Counted from the stretch's first letter, positions 17,558 through 27,265 are shown. The stretch is DNA of 42,117 nt from Synechococcus sp. (GCA_051439605.1 JBFRWN010000088.1:1-42117), one strand, 5' to 3'. Made by a program: numbers and translations. Notes: a model not told the origin generated them from the letters alone.

Positions 17558-18082
17558 TTAGGTGACTAAAAAGGCCGTTAAAAAGTCAGCCACGGCAATA
17601 CTGGCGACAATAAAGAGCGGATAGCGAACGAACGTTTGCCAGTCTTCGTCCTGCCGAACCGCCAAACCAATGCGCACGACAAAGTAGCCGATAATAATAA
17701 CAATTGCCGCTCGCAAGACACCGAAGAATACATCCACTAAGTCCGTGACGCCCTCAAAAAAAGGAAGGCCGGTCACGTAGTCTTGGGCCACCGATAGAAA
17801 CAGAGCCATTGCTGGCTCGCCGGTATGCATAAACAAATATAAAACCAGACAAACTGAATACATTCCTAAGAAACGACCGGCTCCGCAAAAAGCTTTCGCA
17901 ATGCCGGGAATTTTGGCTTCGATCCACGGATTTAAATACTGGCTCAAACCGGAACTGTAGGTACGGCCGATAATCTTGATGCGGCTGAGAATAAACCTGG
18001 ATAGAGGTCTTAAAGCTTCATCGGAGTATTTTGGCACCCGCTTCTGAGGTCTGGATGCCACCAGTCCGGACGTAGTCTTCAT
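17558..18082 (-). CDS. Pilin-like (VirB2-like) membrane protein
   Basis: Two C-terminal TMs around AVRQDEDWQ; first gene of the operon, directly before virB4. Start uncertain. Confidence 0.55.
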   Translation of the reverse strand: MKTTSGLVASRPQKRVPKYSDEALRPLSRFILSRIKIIGRTYSSGLSQYLNPWIEAKIPGIAKAFCGAGRFLGMYSVCLVLYLFMHTGEPAMALFLSVAQDYVTGLPFFEGVTDLVDVFFGVLRAAIVIIIGYFVVRIGLAVRQDEDWQTFVRYPLFIVASIAVADFLTAFLVT

Positions 18083-18489
18083 GTCGAATTCCTTGTTAAG
18101 ACTTCTCGGTCTCGATAGCAGTCTTATAGCAATTCATTTCAAATCGGACAAGATAATTATGTAAGTTTAGGCACACATTTATTGAAAGTTAATAGTAAGA
18201 TTATGCTAAATAGAGCAGAAAAAATAATCGAGATATCGAGACCCTAACTGACCCTAATTCCTATTGCGATATCTCGGAGAAGTCTAAGTATACAGGTGTC
18301 TAAAAGAGAACTATTAGACTGTTGTAATTACGTATTTACCTATTTGGATTCTTGATTAGAATGCTGGAATATTATTCGTTTCGAAGTTGAGAGCTTGCGA
18401 TTTTTGCTGGCTGACTTCGTGACGAAGAGTTTGCTTGAGGTTTTCTTTTTTAAATAGTTTTCTCAAACCCTCGTTAAAGGAGGCGAACG

Positions 18490-18855
18490 ATGTCTTGCGC
18501 TCTCAGTTCGCGCGATCGGGAGCTGTACCCGACGCTATCTCGCAGCGTGACGAACGCTATCGAGTTAGGAGAGACGGGTAGCTTGCCTAGAAGCTACATT
18601 CCCAAAACCATCGATCTGTTCTGCAATGACGCATCGGAACCCGATCTCTCGGTCATTAGCGGCAGTATTACTTCCAGTACGTTGATTCCCAAAGGCTGGG
18701 CTCCGGATGCCATAGAGCTTCAACTCGATGGCAGGCCTGCTCTCGTTGCCATTGGCGACCGGATTTTGCTCAATCGGCTGGGAAAATTTACTGGCAGTCA
18801 ATGGCCCATTAACCAGGAACTCACAGCATTGATTAGGGGGTGGATCGATGGCTGA
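18490..18855 (+). CDS. Hypothetical protein
   Basis: Strong AAAGGAGG RBS before ATG 18490; overlaps the next gene. Confidence 0.6.
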   Translation: MSCALSSRDRELYPTLSRSVTNAIELGETGSLPRSYIPKTIDLFCNDASEPDLSVISGSITSSTLIPKGWAPDAIELQLDGRPALVAIGDRILLNRLGKFTGSQWPINQELTALIRGWIDG

Positions 18856-20038
18856 TGTTATCGATAAAGTCGGTGCCTCCCAAGCGGCTCAGACATCGGC
18901 TGAAGCTCAAATCGCATTAATTCGCTTGATTGCAACCACCATCGCTAACGCCCACTTGCTGGCAAAGTCCGTGGCTAATGGGGTCGAGCCTTTTTCCTCC
19001 TTCAAAGAAGAGGAGGCTCCAACTGTCAGAATTCAGGTCGGAAGAGACTTGGCTTATCTCGGTAAAGCCGGCCAGCCTCCGATGAAATCCAATCTGAGTC
19101 CTGCAACGATCGAGAAGATTCGAGCTGCTATCGATCGCCCGGAATCAGTGTCCGGAACTGTGCGTTTTGAGGTGGACAAGGAAATTGTCTATCAAGTCCA
19201 GAACGGTCAAGTCGTCGAGCAATCTATTGATATCGAAAGCCTCAGACAGACCCTCAACCAGGTGATTGACGAGCCAGAACTCCAAAAGCAGCAGGCTGCC
19301 CCACAGCCCGTTTCCGATGCTTCTATCCCAGAAGCTCTAGAACGGGAGCTAGCGGACTTGCGAGCCAGGGTGCAAACGCTGGAAGAACGGCTAGAGTTCG
19401 TTCACCAGAAAATCTCCACCGGTCAGCTCGTTCCCATCTCTCAAGCCATCCAACAAAGGACAAACCAGCTAAATCTCCCCGATTTGGGTCGCTTCTTTCA
19501 GCGCACCACGGAAACCATTCAAACTGCTCCATCGCAGCTGAGCGCGTTCTTCAACAACACCCGCAATCAAATGGTGGAAGGCTTCTCCCGCCAAACCGTG
19601 CGACTGTTCGATACTGCCGGTCAACTCAAAGAGTCGGCCATTGCCTCCGTCCAGCAAGCGAGAGATGCCGTCAAAACTCAAGCAGCCTCGCTGGCGATCG
19701 CCAGTTTGGGGCGGGAGGCCTTTACCCGCGCGGCTTCGATGGACGCTCTGCAAAAGTCGGTGGCCATTCTCAAAGCGGAAGGGGTGGAGCAGCCCGATGG
19801 CAGCTTGAAATGGGTCAATCAAGTCTACGAGCTTCAGCTCAAAGGCGATCGACTCACCCTCTCCGATCGCGGCGGCAATCGCGGGCAGCTGTTAGTAGCG
19901 CAGGGAAATCGCATTGCCCGCAGCAATTTACAGCTGGGGGATGTGGGCCAGATCGGTGAAGAAGGACTGCGCGCGGCCGAGGTTTTGGTGGCCGCTCAGC
20001 AGCAAGACCGGCAGCTTTCGCTTTCGAGGGGGCGCTGA
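18848..20038 (+). CDS. Coiled-coil plasmid backbone hypothetical protein
   Basis: 396-aa ORF with heptad segment LERELADLRARVQTLEERL; coupled to both neighbours. Confidence 0.7.
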   Translation: MADVIDKVGASQAAQTSAEAQIALIRLIATTIANAHLLAKSVANGVEPFSSFKEEEAPTVRIQVGRDLAYLGKAGQPPMKSNLSPATIEKIRAAIDRPESVSGTVRFEVDKEIVYQVQNGQVVEQSIDIESLRQTLNQVIDEPELQKQQAAPQPVSDASIPEALERELADLRARVQTLEERLEFVHQKISTGQLVPISQAIQQRTNQLNLPDLGRFFQRTTETIQTAPSQLSAFFNNTRNQMVEGFSRQTVRLFDTAGQLKESAIASVQQARDAVKTQAASLAIASLGREAFTRAASMDALQKSVAILKAEGVEQPDGSLKWVNQVYELQLKGDRLTLSDRGGNRGQLLVAQGNRIARSNLQLGDVGQIGEEGLRAAEVLVAAQQQDRQLSLSRGR

Positions 20039-20670
20039 TGGGAATTACCAAAAAGGCTCTCTGCCAACAGCATCAGCTTTCGGATAGCAAGTTACGGCGG
20101 TTGTTGAAAGCCTGCGGGTTGGATACTGCCCAGTTGGAATACGACGAGTCAGAGGTACATCGCTTTGAAGCGGCCCTACAGATGCAGTCTGAAAGCCGCA
20201 CCTTGGACGAGATTTCTGTCCATTTTGGAGTACTCACCCAACCTCAGTCGCAGCAACTGTCTCAATCGGTGGTGGTGGCGGCTCAAGAGGTGGTCAACAG
20301 CAGCCGGGGGTCGCGGGAACAGGCCTTGGGTTTGTTGGATGAAGTGGCTCAGATCCACGCCCAGCAAATTGCGCCGGTGGCCGACCGGATGCTGCTCACC
20401 CATTTGGGGAACGAGTTGAGGGAAGGTACTCAATCTCGAGAGTTTTGGGGGGCCGTACGCCAGGAGGTGATGCTGCAAATGCAGGAGGGGGAACCCAGCG
20501 GGAGGAATCTGCTCGATTCGCCCGCAACCCCGGCTTTGTTGAGTTCGTCGCCTTCCTCCGACAGCTCGTCGACGATGCCGTCGAACGGGAATTCAGCAAG
20601 CGAAAAGTCCTCGCCGCCCTCCAAGTCGACCGACTGCGACGGTCCAGACTCCAACAGCAAGAATGGCTAG
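20038..20670 (+). CDS. Putative HTH DNA-binding protein (zero-frame product)
   Basis: TKKALCQQHQLSDSKLRRLLKACGL resembles an HTH. TGATG coupling to the upstream gene. The Ser/Pro-rich tail looks like out-of-frame sequence. Confidence 0.6.
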   Translation: MGITKKALCQQHQLSDSKLRRLLKACGLDTAQLEYDESEVHRFEAALQMQSESRTLDEISVHFGVLTQPQSQQLSQSVVVAAQEVVNSSRGSREQALGLLDEVAQIHAQQIAPVADRMLLTHLGNELREGTQSREFWGAVRQEVMLQMQEGEPSGRNLLDSPATPALLSSSPSSDSSSTMPSNGNSASEKSSPPSKSTDCDGPDSNSKNG

Positions 20671-20825
20671 ACCTGCGCAATCGCTTTATTCACAGCGGAG
20701 TAGCAATGGGGCTGATGGCCCTATCCTGCTTGTTCGGTGGGGCTTGGTTGTTGGCCAACAGCTTGCCGGTGGAAATTGCTTGCGCGCGGCCGAAGGCGAT
20801 CGCTTGTTGGTTGAAGGTCAAGTGA
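20445..20825 (+). CDS. Minus-1-frame segment with a C-terminal TM helix (candidate transframe extension)
   Basis: Protein-like helix FVEFVAFLRQLVDDAVEREF and TM GVAMGLMALSCLFGGAWLLA. No ATG ahead of the helical part. Lies in the -1 frame of 20038-20670. Confidence 0.5.
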   Translation: MGGRTPGGDAANAGGGTQREESARFARNPGFVEFVAFLRQLVDDAVEREFSKRKVLAALQVDRLRRSRLQQQEWLDLRNRFIHSGVAMGLMALSCLFGGAWLLANSLPVEIACARPKAIACWLKVK

Positions 20826-20948
20826 GCCCTGCCTCCTGGGAGATAGAGGATACGCGGGCACCCCGTCCGTTCGTCAAGGGACGCTTCGCTCGGTGCCCCT
20901 GACAAACGGCCACACCCGCTCTTATTCGTTGTCTGTCAGGAGGGAGGG
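20826..20948. promoter_or_regulatory. Second ssi/Frpo-like long hairpin
   Basis: Arms CCTCCTG/CAGGAGG, GCGGG/CCCGC and CCGTTCGTCAAGGG/CCCCTGACAAACGG surround a CGCTTCGCT loop, the same core as 5657-5787. Confidence 0.5.
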
Positions 20949-21275
20949 GGAGGATGTGCCCTCTTTTCCTAAATACTTTGACTTCTTCTTGCCGTTTTCT
21001 TGCCAACGAAGGTAGAGATATGGGCCGAATCGCTTACCGTTGCGACAGATCCACTTCTTCTCGATGTAGCCACCGCAACCTTTCGCCTGAGGCAACGCAG
21101 GCTCTGGAAGAGAGTCCGTTAGTTCCAGCTGAGACCGAAGCTGTTTGTTTTCGGTTTCCAATCGAGCTATTTGGGCTAATAAAAGATGCAGAGTTTCCAT
21201 AGCGTGCTGAAAGCAAATTGATTCATCGCCTTGCGCCCTGTAATTTCTAGCGAGCAGGCTGAATGTTGATAGCAT
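20922..21275 (-). CDS. Small basic hypothetical protein, putative nucleic-acid binding
   Basis: Short coiled coil plus GGYIEKKWI.RNGKRFGPYLYLRWQENGKKKSKYLGK, a motif I recall from mobile-element proteins. Confidence 0.6.
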   Translation of the reverse strand: MLSTFSLLARNYRAQGDESICFQHAMETLHLLLAQIARLETENKQLRSQLELTDSLPEPALPQAKGCGGYIEKKWICRNGKRFGPYLYLRWQENGKKKSKYLGKEGTSSPSLLTDNE

Positions 21276-21395
21276 ACTACGCTATTATCATTGCTTTATG
21301 CGCATTAGTCATGCTTATATGTCAGGTCTAACACGATATGAATATGTAATCGTGAGACACATACATAGCTCTAAGCACTACTATCGGTGTATTGA

Positions 21396-21677
21396 ATGCC
21401 AAATGAGATGCTTAAGGCCGTACAAATTTCACAGGCCAAAGTGTCGACAATTCGCTGGAAACTCAGGGAAGTCATGGCTAGACGCCGTATCACCAATAAG
21501 GCGTTAGCTGAGGCTCTCGGTCTACATCCCACGAGCGTTGCTCGCGCTAAAGCACAAGACATCATGCCCGAATTGGGAGGTGATTCATTGGCTCAATATA
21601 TCGGTGCCATTAACCGACTCAGTTCCGATCAATATGGCGTTTGTACCCTTGAAGAGTTGATCGAGTACGAGGAATGA
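21396..21677 (+). CDS. Cro/C1 (XRE) HTH transcriptional regulator
   Basis: IRWKLREVMARRRITNKALAEALGLHPTSVAR...ELIEY. Confidence 0.85.
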   Translation: MPNEMLKAVQISQAKVSTIRWKLREVMARRRITNKALAEALGLHPTSVARAKAQDIMPELGGDSLAQYIGAINRLSSDQYGVCTLEELIEYEE

Positions 21678-21678
21678 G

Positions 21679-21969
21679 GTGCCTTCAACCTCACCCAATT
21701 CGACTCCTCAAATGGAGTCAAAAGCAACCTCAATCGACATCTTTAATTGTTACGAATCTTTTGATGACGATCGGTTTTGTAAGGTTCTCGTCACATTTCC
21801 TAGAGGTAGTGCCTTGAAACCCTTGTTTCTCTTGACAACCACCATTGGCAGTACTGCGAGCCACCGATATCGGAGGTATAGTGGCGCTAGTCTTAGCCTC
21901 CCCGAGCCAGATTTTGCCTCTGGGAAAGCTTCTTTTAACCAATTGTTCGGAGGTAGAGAAATGATTTAA
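21679..21969 (+). CDS. Hypothetical protein
   Basis: ORF starts directly after the XRE stop; no recognisable motif. Confidence 0.35.
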   Translation: MPSTSPNSTPQMESKATSIDIFNCYESFDDDRFCKVLVTFPRGSALKPLFLLTTTIGSTASHRYRRYSGASLSLPEPDFASGKASFNQLFGGREMI

Positions 21970-22209
21970 CCCCTTAAAAGACTTGAACCCCCCTGCAGCA
22001 ACAGGAGAGGTTCGGAAAGCCTATAAGCGGATGAGAACCTTAATCAAAACCTTGGGAAGGGGGACGATTACGAGGTACTCGGGGGTTTCTAGTGCCTATT
22101 TTACGAACAATAGTTCGGTGTTGCAAGTGGTAGAAACTATCCGCCACATTCTTTCTAGAAATTTCCAGTCTGTTCTCTAATCCGCTGTACACAACGGATT
22201 GAGAGACTT

Positions 22210-25200
22210 ATGAATACTTTGACCGACACCGATCGCCCGCGCAGATCGGTTGGGATCGCTCAATATCCAGATCCCTCCACACCCAACTCGTTAGAGCAAT
22301 TCGCATCTCGCACCTATCGAGAATGGACCGAAGAAAGCGGTATCGCTGAAGACCTGTTTCGCTGCAGCATCAGCATCGTCCCAGATCTAGAAGTCAGTCC
22401 TGGTGGCGAGGTCTCCACCCCCATCCACGATGCCTTGGGATGGCACTACGCCCGCTTCGGAGAACGGGTTAAAGCCAATCAGTACGGGGCAATCCTCTAT
22501 ACCCACAATCCAGAATCCAACTGGGATTTAGAAGTCTTTCAGGCCAAGCTGTCAAACCCCGTCATCGATCGCAAGAAAGGCAAACCCCGCAAGTACGAAA
22601 ACCCCAAGGGATTCGGCGTCCGCGGCGGCTTCTCCCCCGTTCCCGATCGCCTCTGGCTGGAGATTGCGGCCCAGCACTCTGCAGAAATCGCCTGTTCTCT
22701 AGCTCAAAAACCTAAAGACGGTCAGTCCTACGAATTCTGGCAGTGGGTAGCGGATCGCCCTGCTATCGACATCACCATTACCGAAGGTCTCAAAAAAGCC
22801 CAACACCTTCTCAGCCAGGGCCGAGTCTGCATTGCCCTCTCCGGTATCACCATGGGGGTGTTTAACCCCGACGGCACTGGGAAGCGCCTGCGTCCCTATC
22901 TCGAACGGTTCGCTCAAAAAGACCGCAGGGTCTATATCGCCTTCGACGCCGAAACCAAACCCAAAACCCTGCGGGACGTGCGTCGGGAAACTCGCAAGTT
23001 GGGCCAGTGCTTTTCCGAAGCTGCCTGCAAGACCTTTGTCCTCGACCTGCCCCTTCTCCCCAATACAGACAAAACTGGTATTGACGACTTTGGTGTTGCT
23101 CGCGGCTCCGATGCAATCGACCTCTTATATAAGGAGGCCATTCCTTTCCTCAGCTGGCTGTGGCACGTCAACTATCGCAGCCAGCGCACCTATGCCGCCT
23201 GGCTAGACCTGCAGTGCGATCGCCTGCAGGTCTCCGATTTGGAGAGGTTCCCTACCACCGGCACCGTCATCCTGGAATCTCCCAAGGGCACCGGTAAAAC
23301 CCACCTGATCTCGAAGTTAGTGGGCGAGGCCGAAAAAGTGGTACTGCTCACCCACCGCGTCTGCTTGGGCCGCAATTTGGCCGAGCGGTTGCAGGTAGAT
23401 TGGAAAGCCGACCTGGATAAAGGTAACGGTCGCTGGATTGCCAACGGCGATCGCACCACCCAGCGGATTGCCCTGTGCGTGGATTCATTGCTGGCGGTGG
23501 ACCCCAAAGACTTCTGGGGCTGCCAGCTGGTGATCGACGAAGTGGATCAGGTATTTCATCACTTGCTGGCCAGCTCCACCTGCAATAAAGATGGCAAGCG
23601 TCCTGCTCTGCTCGCTCGCCTGCACGAACTGATCCAGGTATCTCAACGAGTGATTGCCGCCAGTGCCGATATCACCGATGCCGAAATTGATTACCTCAAA
23701 ACCCTTAAGGGCAACACTAGTTCCGTTTACCTGATTCGCAACGGTCACCAACCGAAAGGCTACCCCGTTCGCCTGCTGAACTGCACCAGTAAAGCCGGAT
23801 TGGTGGCGGAACTGCTGCAGGACGTGCGCCAGGGCCTGAAAGTGTTTGTGGCCACCGATGCCCGCTCCGATTCCAAGGCGATCGCCCAGCTGGTGCGTCA
23901 GCTCGAAGAGGTTGGCCCCGATCTGAACGTACTGCCGATCAATAGCGAAACTTCTGGCGGTGAGTTCGAGGTGGAGTTCATCCGCAACATCAACCAGCAG
24001 GTGACGGATTTTGACGTGGTGATTTCTACTCCCAGCATGGCCACTGGCGTGTCCATCGAAGTAGAGCACTTCGATAAAGTCTACGGCCTATTTACCGGCG
24101 TGCTGCCGGATGGGGATATTGCCCAAGCACTGGCGAGAGTCCGTCCAGCAATTCCCCGCGTGGTTTGGTGCGCCACCCACGGGAAAAACTTCAGCAAGGT
24201 CTGCAGGAGCGAATATCCGCTCCCGGTCAAGCAAGCAATCCAAACCCAGTGGGACCGAGAAACTCGGCTCATCCGTACCAGTTTGAGACCGGATATCAGT
24301 CCGATTGTGGAGGAGGAGTACGGCTGGCAGGACAACCCCCATCTCATCCACTGGTCCCGCATCGTGGCTCGTACCAACGGATCGATGTGGAATTTGCGGT
24401 CCAACCTGATCGAGCGGCTGAAGTGGGAGGGGAACTCCGTCGAGATCGTACTCGCTACGGGGGACGAGGAGAGGACGAAGCAACTGCTGAAGCAGGCCCG
24501 CCAGCAGACCAAGCGGGAACGCTGCGAAGCGATCGCGGCAGCTCCTCTCCTATCTGCAGAAGACTTGAGAGCCCTCAGAACCAGCGAAGGGAGAACGCCG
24601 ACCCAGCTGCTCTCGGAACAGCACACGCGCATTGCTGAGTTTTACGGGCTGGAGGAGGTGACGCCGGAGTTGGTGGAGCTGGACGATGGGGGGCGAATGC
24701 GGGGACAGATTGTTGAACTGGAGTCCCTGCTGTTCGGCAAAGAGTTTACGGTCCGCAAAGACGAAGAAGCGATGTCGCGGCAGGCGCAATGGCAGCAAGG
24801 CTTATTTCTTCCCGACCAACCCTGCAACGAGTTAAGGCGATTTGTTCGGGAACAGCTCAAGTTGGCGGACTATCTCGACCCGAAGCAAGCGTGGTCGGAT
24901 GCGGACCTAGAAGAACTGGGTGAGATGGCTCGCAAATATTCCAGAGACATTCAGCAGAGCTTAGGTTTCAGCATCCCCGAAGATCCGGAACTGGCCAGTA
25001 ACGGCTGGATCTTTCGCCGCCTGCTGCTGCAGTTGGGGGTTAAGGTCTCGGTCCGGCGACAGGGAGGAAGGGGAGCGCAGGTGAAACTCTACTTCATCGA
25101 GTCCGAACGCTGGCAGTTTCTGCAGGAGGTGCTGGCCAGGAGGGAGGAGCGACGCCTTTTGAAACAGATGACTGAACCGACAACGGTATCGACCCCCTTA

Positions 25201-25452
25201 TTTAAATATTCAATAAAGGAGGGGGTGAATACGGAGACAACAGCCCTCCCCAAAGCAGAAAAGAACACGAAGAAATTTCCCTTCCAACTGGGCCAAGCGG
25301 TTCAATGGTTGGGAAAAACGGGGGAGTGGATTGTCCATCAAGTCGGGACAGCGATGGCTCAACTGCAAAGACCGGGAGGAGGAATGATTTGGACAGCAAC
25401 GCTAGCAGAGCTTCAGGCAGTAACTCCTTTAACCTCAACACAGAATGATTGA
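22210..25452 (+). CDS. Plasmid replication protein, CyRepA1 type (DUF3854 TOPRIM primase-like domain plus helicase-like ATPase)
   Basis: KPRKYENPKG, ITEGLKKA, VYIAFD and KTGIDD (DUF3854); SPKGTGKT Walker A, LCVDSL, LVIDE Walker B, TPSMATGVSI, QALARVR. Confidence 0.9.
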   Translation: MNTLTDTDRPRRSVGIAQYPDPSTPNSLEQFASRTYREWTEESGIAEDLFRCSISIVPDLEVSPGGEVSTPIHDALGWHYARFGERVKANQYGAILYTHNPESNWDLEVFQAKLSNPVIDRKKGKPRKYENPKGFGVRGGFSPVPDRLWLEIAAQHSAEIACSLAQKPKDGQSYEFWQWVADRPAIDITITEGLKKAQHLLSQGRVCIALSGITMGVFNPDGTGKRLRPYLERFAQKDRRVYIAFDAETKPKTLRDVRRETRKLGQCFSEAACKTFVLDLPLLPNTDKTGIDDFGVARGSDAIDLLYKEAIPFLSWLWHVNYRSQRTYAAWLDLQCDRLQVSDLERFPTTGTVILESPKGTGKTHLISKLVGEAEKVVLLTHRVCLGRNLAERLQVDWKADLDKGNGRWIANGDRTTQRIALCVDSLLAVDPKDFWGCQLVIDEVDQVFHHLLASSTCNKDGKRPALLARLHELIQVSQRVIAASADITDAEIDYLKTLKGNTSSVYLIRNGHQPKGYPVRLLNCTSKAGLVAELLQDVRQGLKVFVATDARSDSKAIAQLVRQLEEVGPDLNVLPINSETSGGEFEVEFIRNINQQVTDFDVVISTPSMATGVSIEVEHFDKVYGLFTGVLPDGDIAQALARVRPAIPRVVWCATHGKNFSKVCRSEYPLPVKQAIQTQWDRETRLIRTSLRPDISPIVEEEYGWQDNPHLIHWSRIVARTNGSMWNLRSNLIERLKWEGNSVEIVLATGDEERTKQLLKQARQQTKRERCEAIAAAPLLSAEDLRALRTSEGRTPTQLLSEQHTRIAEFYGLEEVTPELVELDDGGRMRGQIVELESLLFGKEFTVRKDEEAMSRQAQWQQGLFLPDQPCNELRRFVREQLKLADYLDPKQAWSDADLEELGEMARKYSRDIQQSLGFSIPEDPELASNGWIFRRLLLQLGVKVSVRRQGGRGAQVKLYFIESERWQFLQEVLARREERRLLKQMTEPTTVSTPLFKYSIKEGVNTETTALPKAEKNTKKFPFQLGQAVQWLGKTGEWIVHQVGTAMAQLQRPGGGMIWTATLAELQAVTPLTSTQND

Positions 25453-25795
25453 GTCCAGCCCAAAGGAATGCGAGCCCCACGCTTCTCCTTTTTCGGTTGT
25501 AGGCAGAGAGTCTCCGTATGAAGCGGAAATACAAGGGTCGGATGTTCTCACACTAGCGATGATGCTCCAGAAACAGCAGCAGATAGTAAACAATGTGTCG
25601 TTCTGCACAAAACGATTGAAATTTAGGGAGATATGCTCCAGTATTGCGTTCTAATAGATGCATTCGTAAGCGGATTTGAGCGGTAAGTCTGATTGAGACA
25701 GGTTTGACCTAAAACGATTCATTAAAGGTGCCTGGGGAGTGAATATGCTTGCCATTGGTATCCAAATTTCGAACTAGAGCTGGAGTCTTCCCAGA

Positions 25796-27265
25796 ATGAG
25801 TGCTTCGCCAACGGAAAATTCTCAGGAAAAGGACTTTTTCGTTAGCTATAACGGCGCCGATCGCCAGTGGGCGGAGTGGGTTGCCGGAGTGTTAGAAGAA
25901 GAAGGATATACAACCATCATTCAAGCTTGGGATATTCGACCGGGTAAGAACTTTGTTTTGGAGATGCAACGGGCTGCCAAGGCGGCGCGGAAGACTATTG
26001 CCATTCTGTCGGACAACTACCTAGCGGCCGCTTACACTCAACCGGAATGGGCTGCGGCATTTAAAGCCGATCCGCAAGGTCTTCAGAGCAAGCTAATTCC
26101 TGTACGTATCGACCGTTGCCAGCCGACAGGGATGCTGGCTCCGATTGTTTATATTGACTTGGTCGGCCTCAACGCTGAAGAGGCAAAGGCTGAGTTGCTT
26201 AAGGGAGTGATTCAAGGAAGGCTCAAACCCGAATTCATCCCGTTTCCAGGTGACGAAAAAGATCGGCAGGCGATATCGAAGAGGGCGGACTATCCGGGGA
26301 CGGTTGACGACCTGGCTTCAAGCTCGAATACGGGTTCCTATTCGACCGCTCAATCTTCACCCTTGAAAAGAAAAGGATTTGACAAGAAAAGTCAGCTGAA
26401 ATTTAAACGATTGCCCTATCTCATCAATCGCACCAAACAGGTCAATACCATCAAACTGGCATTGAACGACTTGCTCTCTCGCACCCGTACCGATGCCCGG
26501 GCAGCTCGCCCCATCCTGTTTTTAGTCAGTGGAGACGAGAAACAATGTCACGATCTATTTTTGGCTCGCATCTGCGATACCGCCCGAGAGGTCTTGCAGC
26601 TGGATGAAACAGCCCATCCCCTATCCAAGCGCATTGAATGGCCGGTCAATTTTGTGAGCCCGAAAGATGCGATCGAGCGATATCGCAAGCAGATTTGGGG
26701 ATGTTTTGACGGATATACCGCATCCTCAACAGTCGAAATCAACGAATACTTCGCCCAAAATTCCGTCCCGGCAATAGTGCACACCCAAATCAATATTGAA
26801 GAAAGTGATTGGAGAAAGCACGAAGCAAAACTCTTGCCAGCATTGGTTGAGTTTTGGCAGCAATGGCCCGCCCTGTTGGAGAACCAAATCCTGATTGTCT
26901 GCATCTTTTTTATTCAATACATGCCCACGAAGTCTGCCAGTTTTCTCCATCGGCTCTGTCGAAAGCCCGATTCGCTCAAGCTAGTCGAACGAGCAATCGC
27001 AGATATCGAATCCGATCGCCAGCGCATCATCCTCGAAGCCCTACCGCGCCTGGATTGCGTTAAGCGGCAGGAGGTGAATGATTGGACTATGAGTTTGCCT
27101 CTGGAGGAATTGGGCTTGAGAGATGACGACCTACCGACCTTTAAAGCTGCCATTCGCAAGATATACGAAGACTCCCAGTTGGATGCCATCCCCCTAGAGG
27201 ATTTAGCCACTGCCATGCAGAACTTGCTCGCTCGCTACATCAACCGCTCGGAGAATGCCGCGTGA
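25796..27265 (+). CDS. TIR domain plus inactive-STAND-like domain; effector/first component of a vWA-MoxR ternary system
   Basis: DFFVSYNGADRQWAEWV...WDIRPG...LSDNYL...TQPEW...LIPVRI...YIDL is a TIR domain with the candidate catalytic Glu. LPYLINRTKQ...LFLVSGDEKQCHDLFLAR resembles a degenerate P-loop. Confidence 0.85.
   Translation: MSASPTENSQEKDFFVSYNGADRQWAEWVAGVLEEEGYTTIIQAWDIRPGKNFVLEMQRAAKAARKTIAILSDNYLAAAYTQPEWAAAFKADPQGLQSKLIPVRIDRCQPTGMLAPIVYIDLVGLNAEEAKAELLKGVIQGRLKPEFIPFPGDEKDRQAISKRADYPGTVDDLASSSNTGSYSTAQSSPLKRKGFDKKSQLKFKRLPYLINRTKQVNTIKLALNDLLSRTRTDARAARPILFLVSGDEKQCHDLFLARICDTAREVLQLDETAHPLSKRIEWPVNFVSPKDAIERYRKQIWGCFDGYTASSTVEINEYFAQNSVPAIVHTQINIEESDWRKHEAKLLPALVEFWQQWPALLENQILIVCIFFIQYMPTKSASFLHRLCRKPDSLKLVERAIADIESDRQRIILEALPRLDCVKRQEVNDWTMSLPLEELGLRDDDLPTFKAAIRKIYEDSQLDAIPLEDLATAMQNLLARYINRSENAA

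Noticed and set aside
5799..17569. Many plus-strand and alternate-frame ORFs over the T4SS operon (e.g. 12520-13335, 11888-12580, 11134-11889)
   Set aside because: Shadow ORFs of GC-rich genes, with Arg/Pro/Gly-biased composition and no motifs.
18848..20038. Possible relaxase
   Set aside because: No catalytic Tyr/HUH (3H) motif is visible.
25445..25654. 69-aa ORF after rep
   Set aside because: It overlaps the rep stop but has no recognisable features; support is insufficient.
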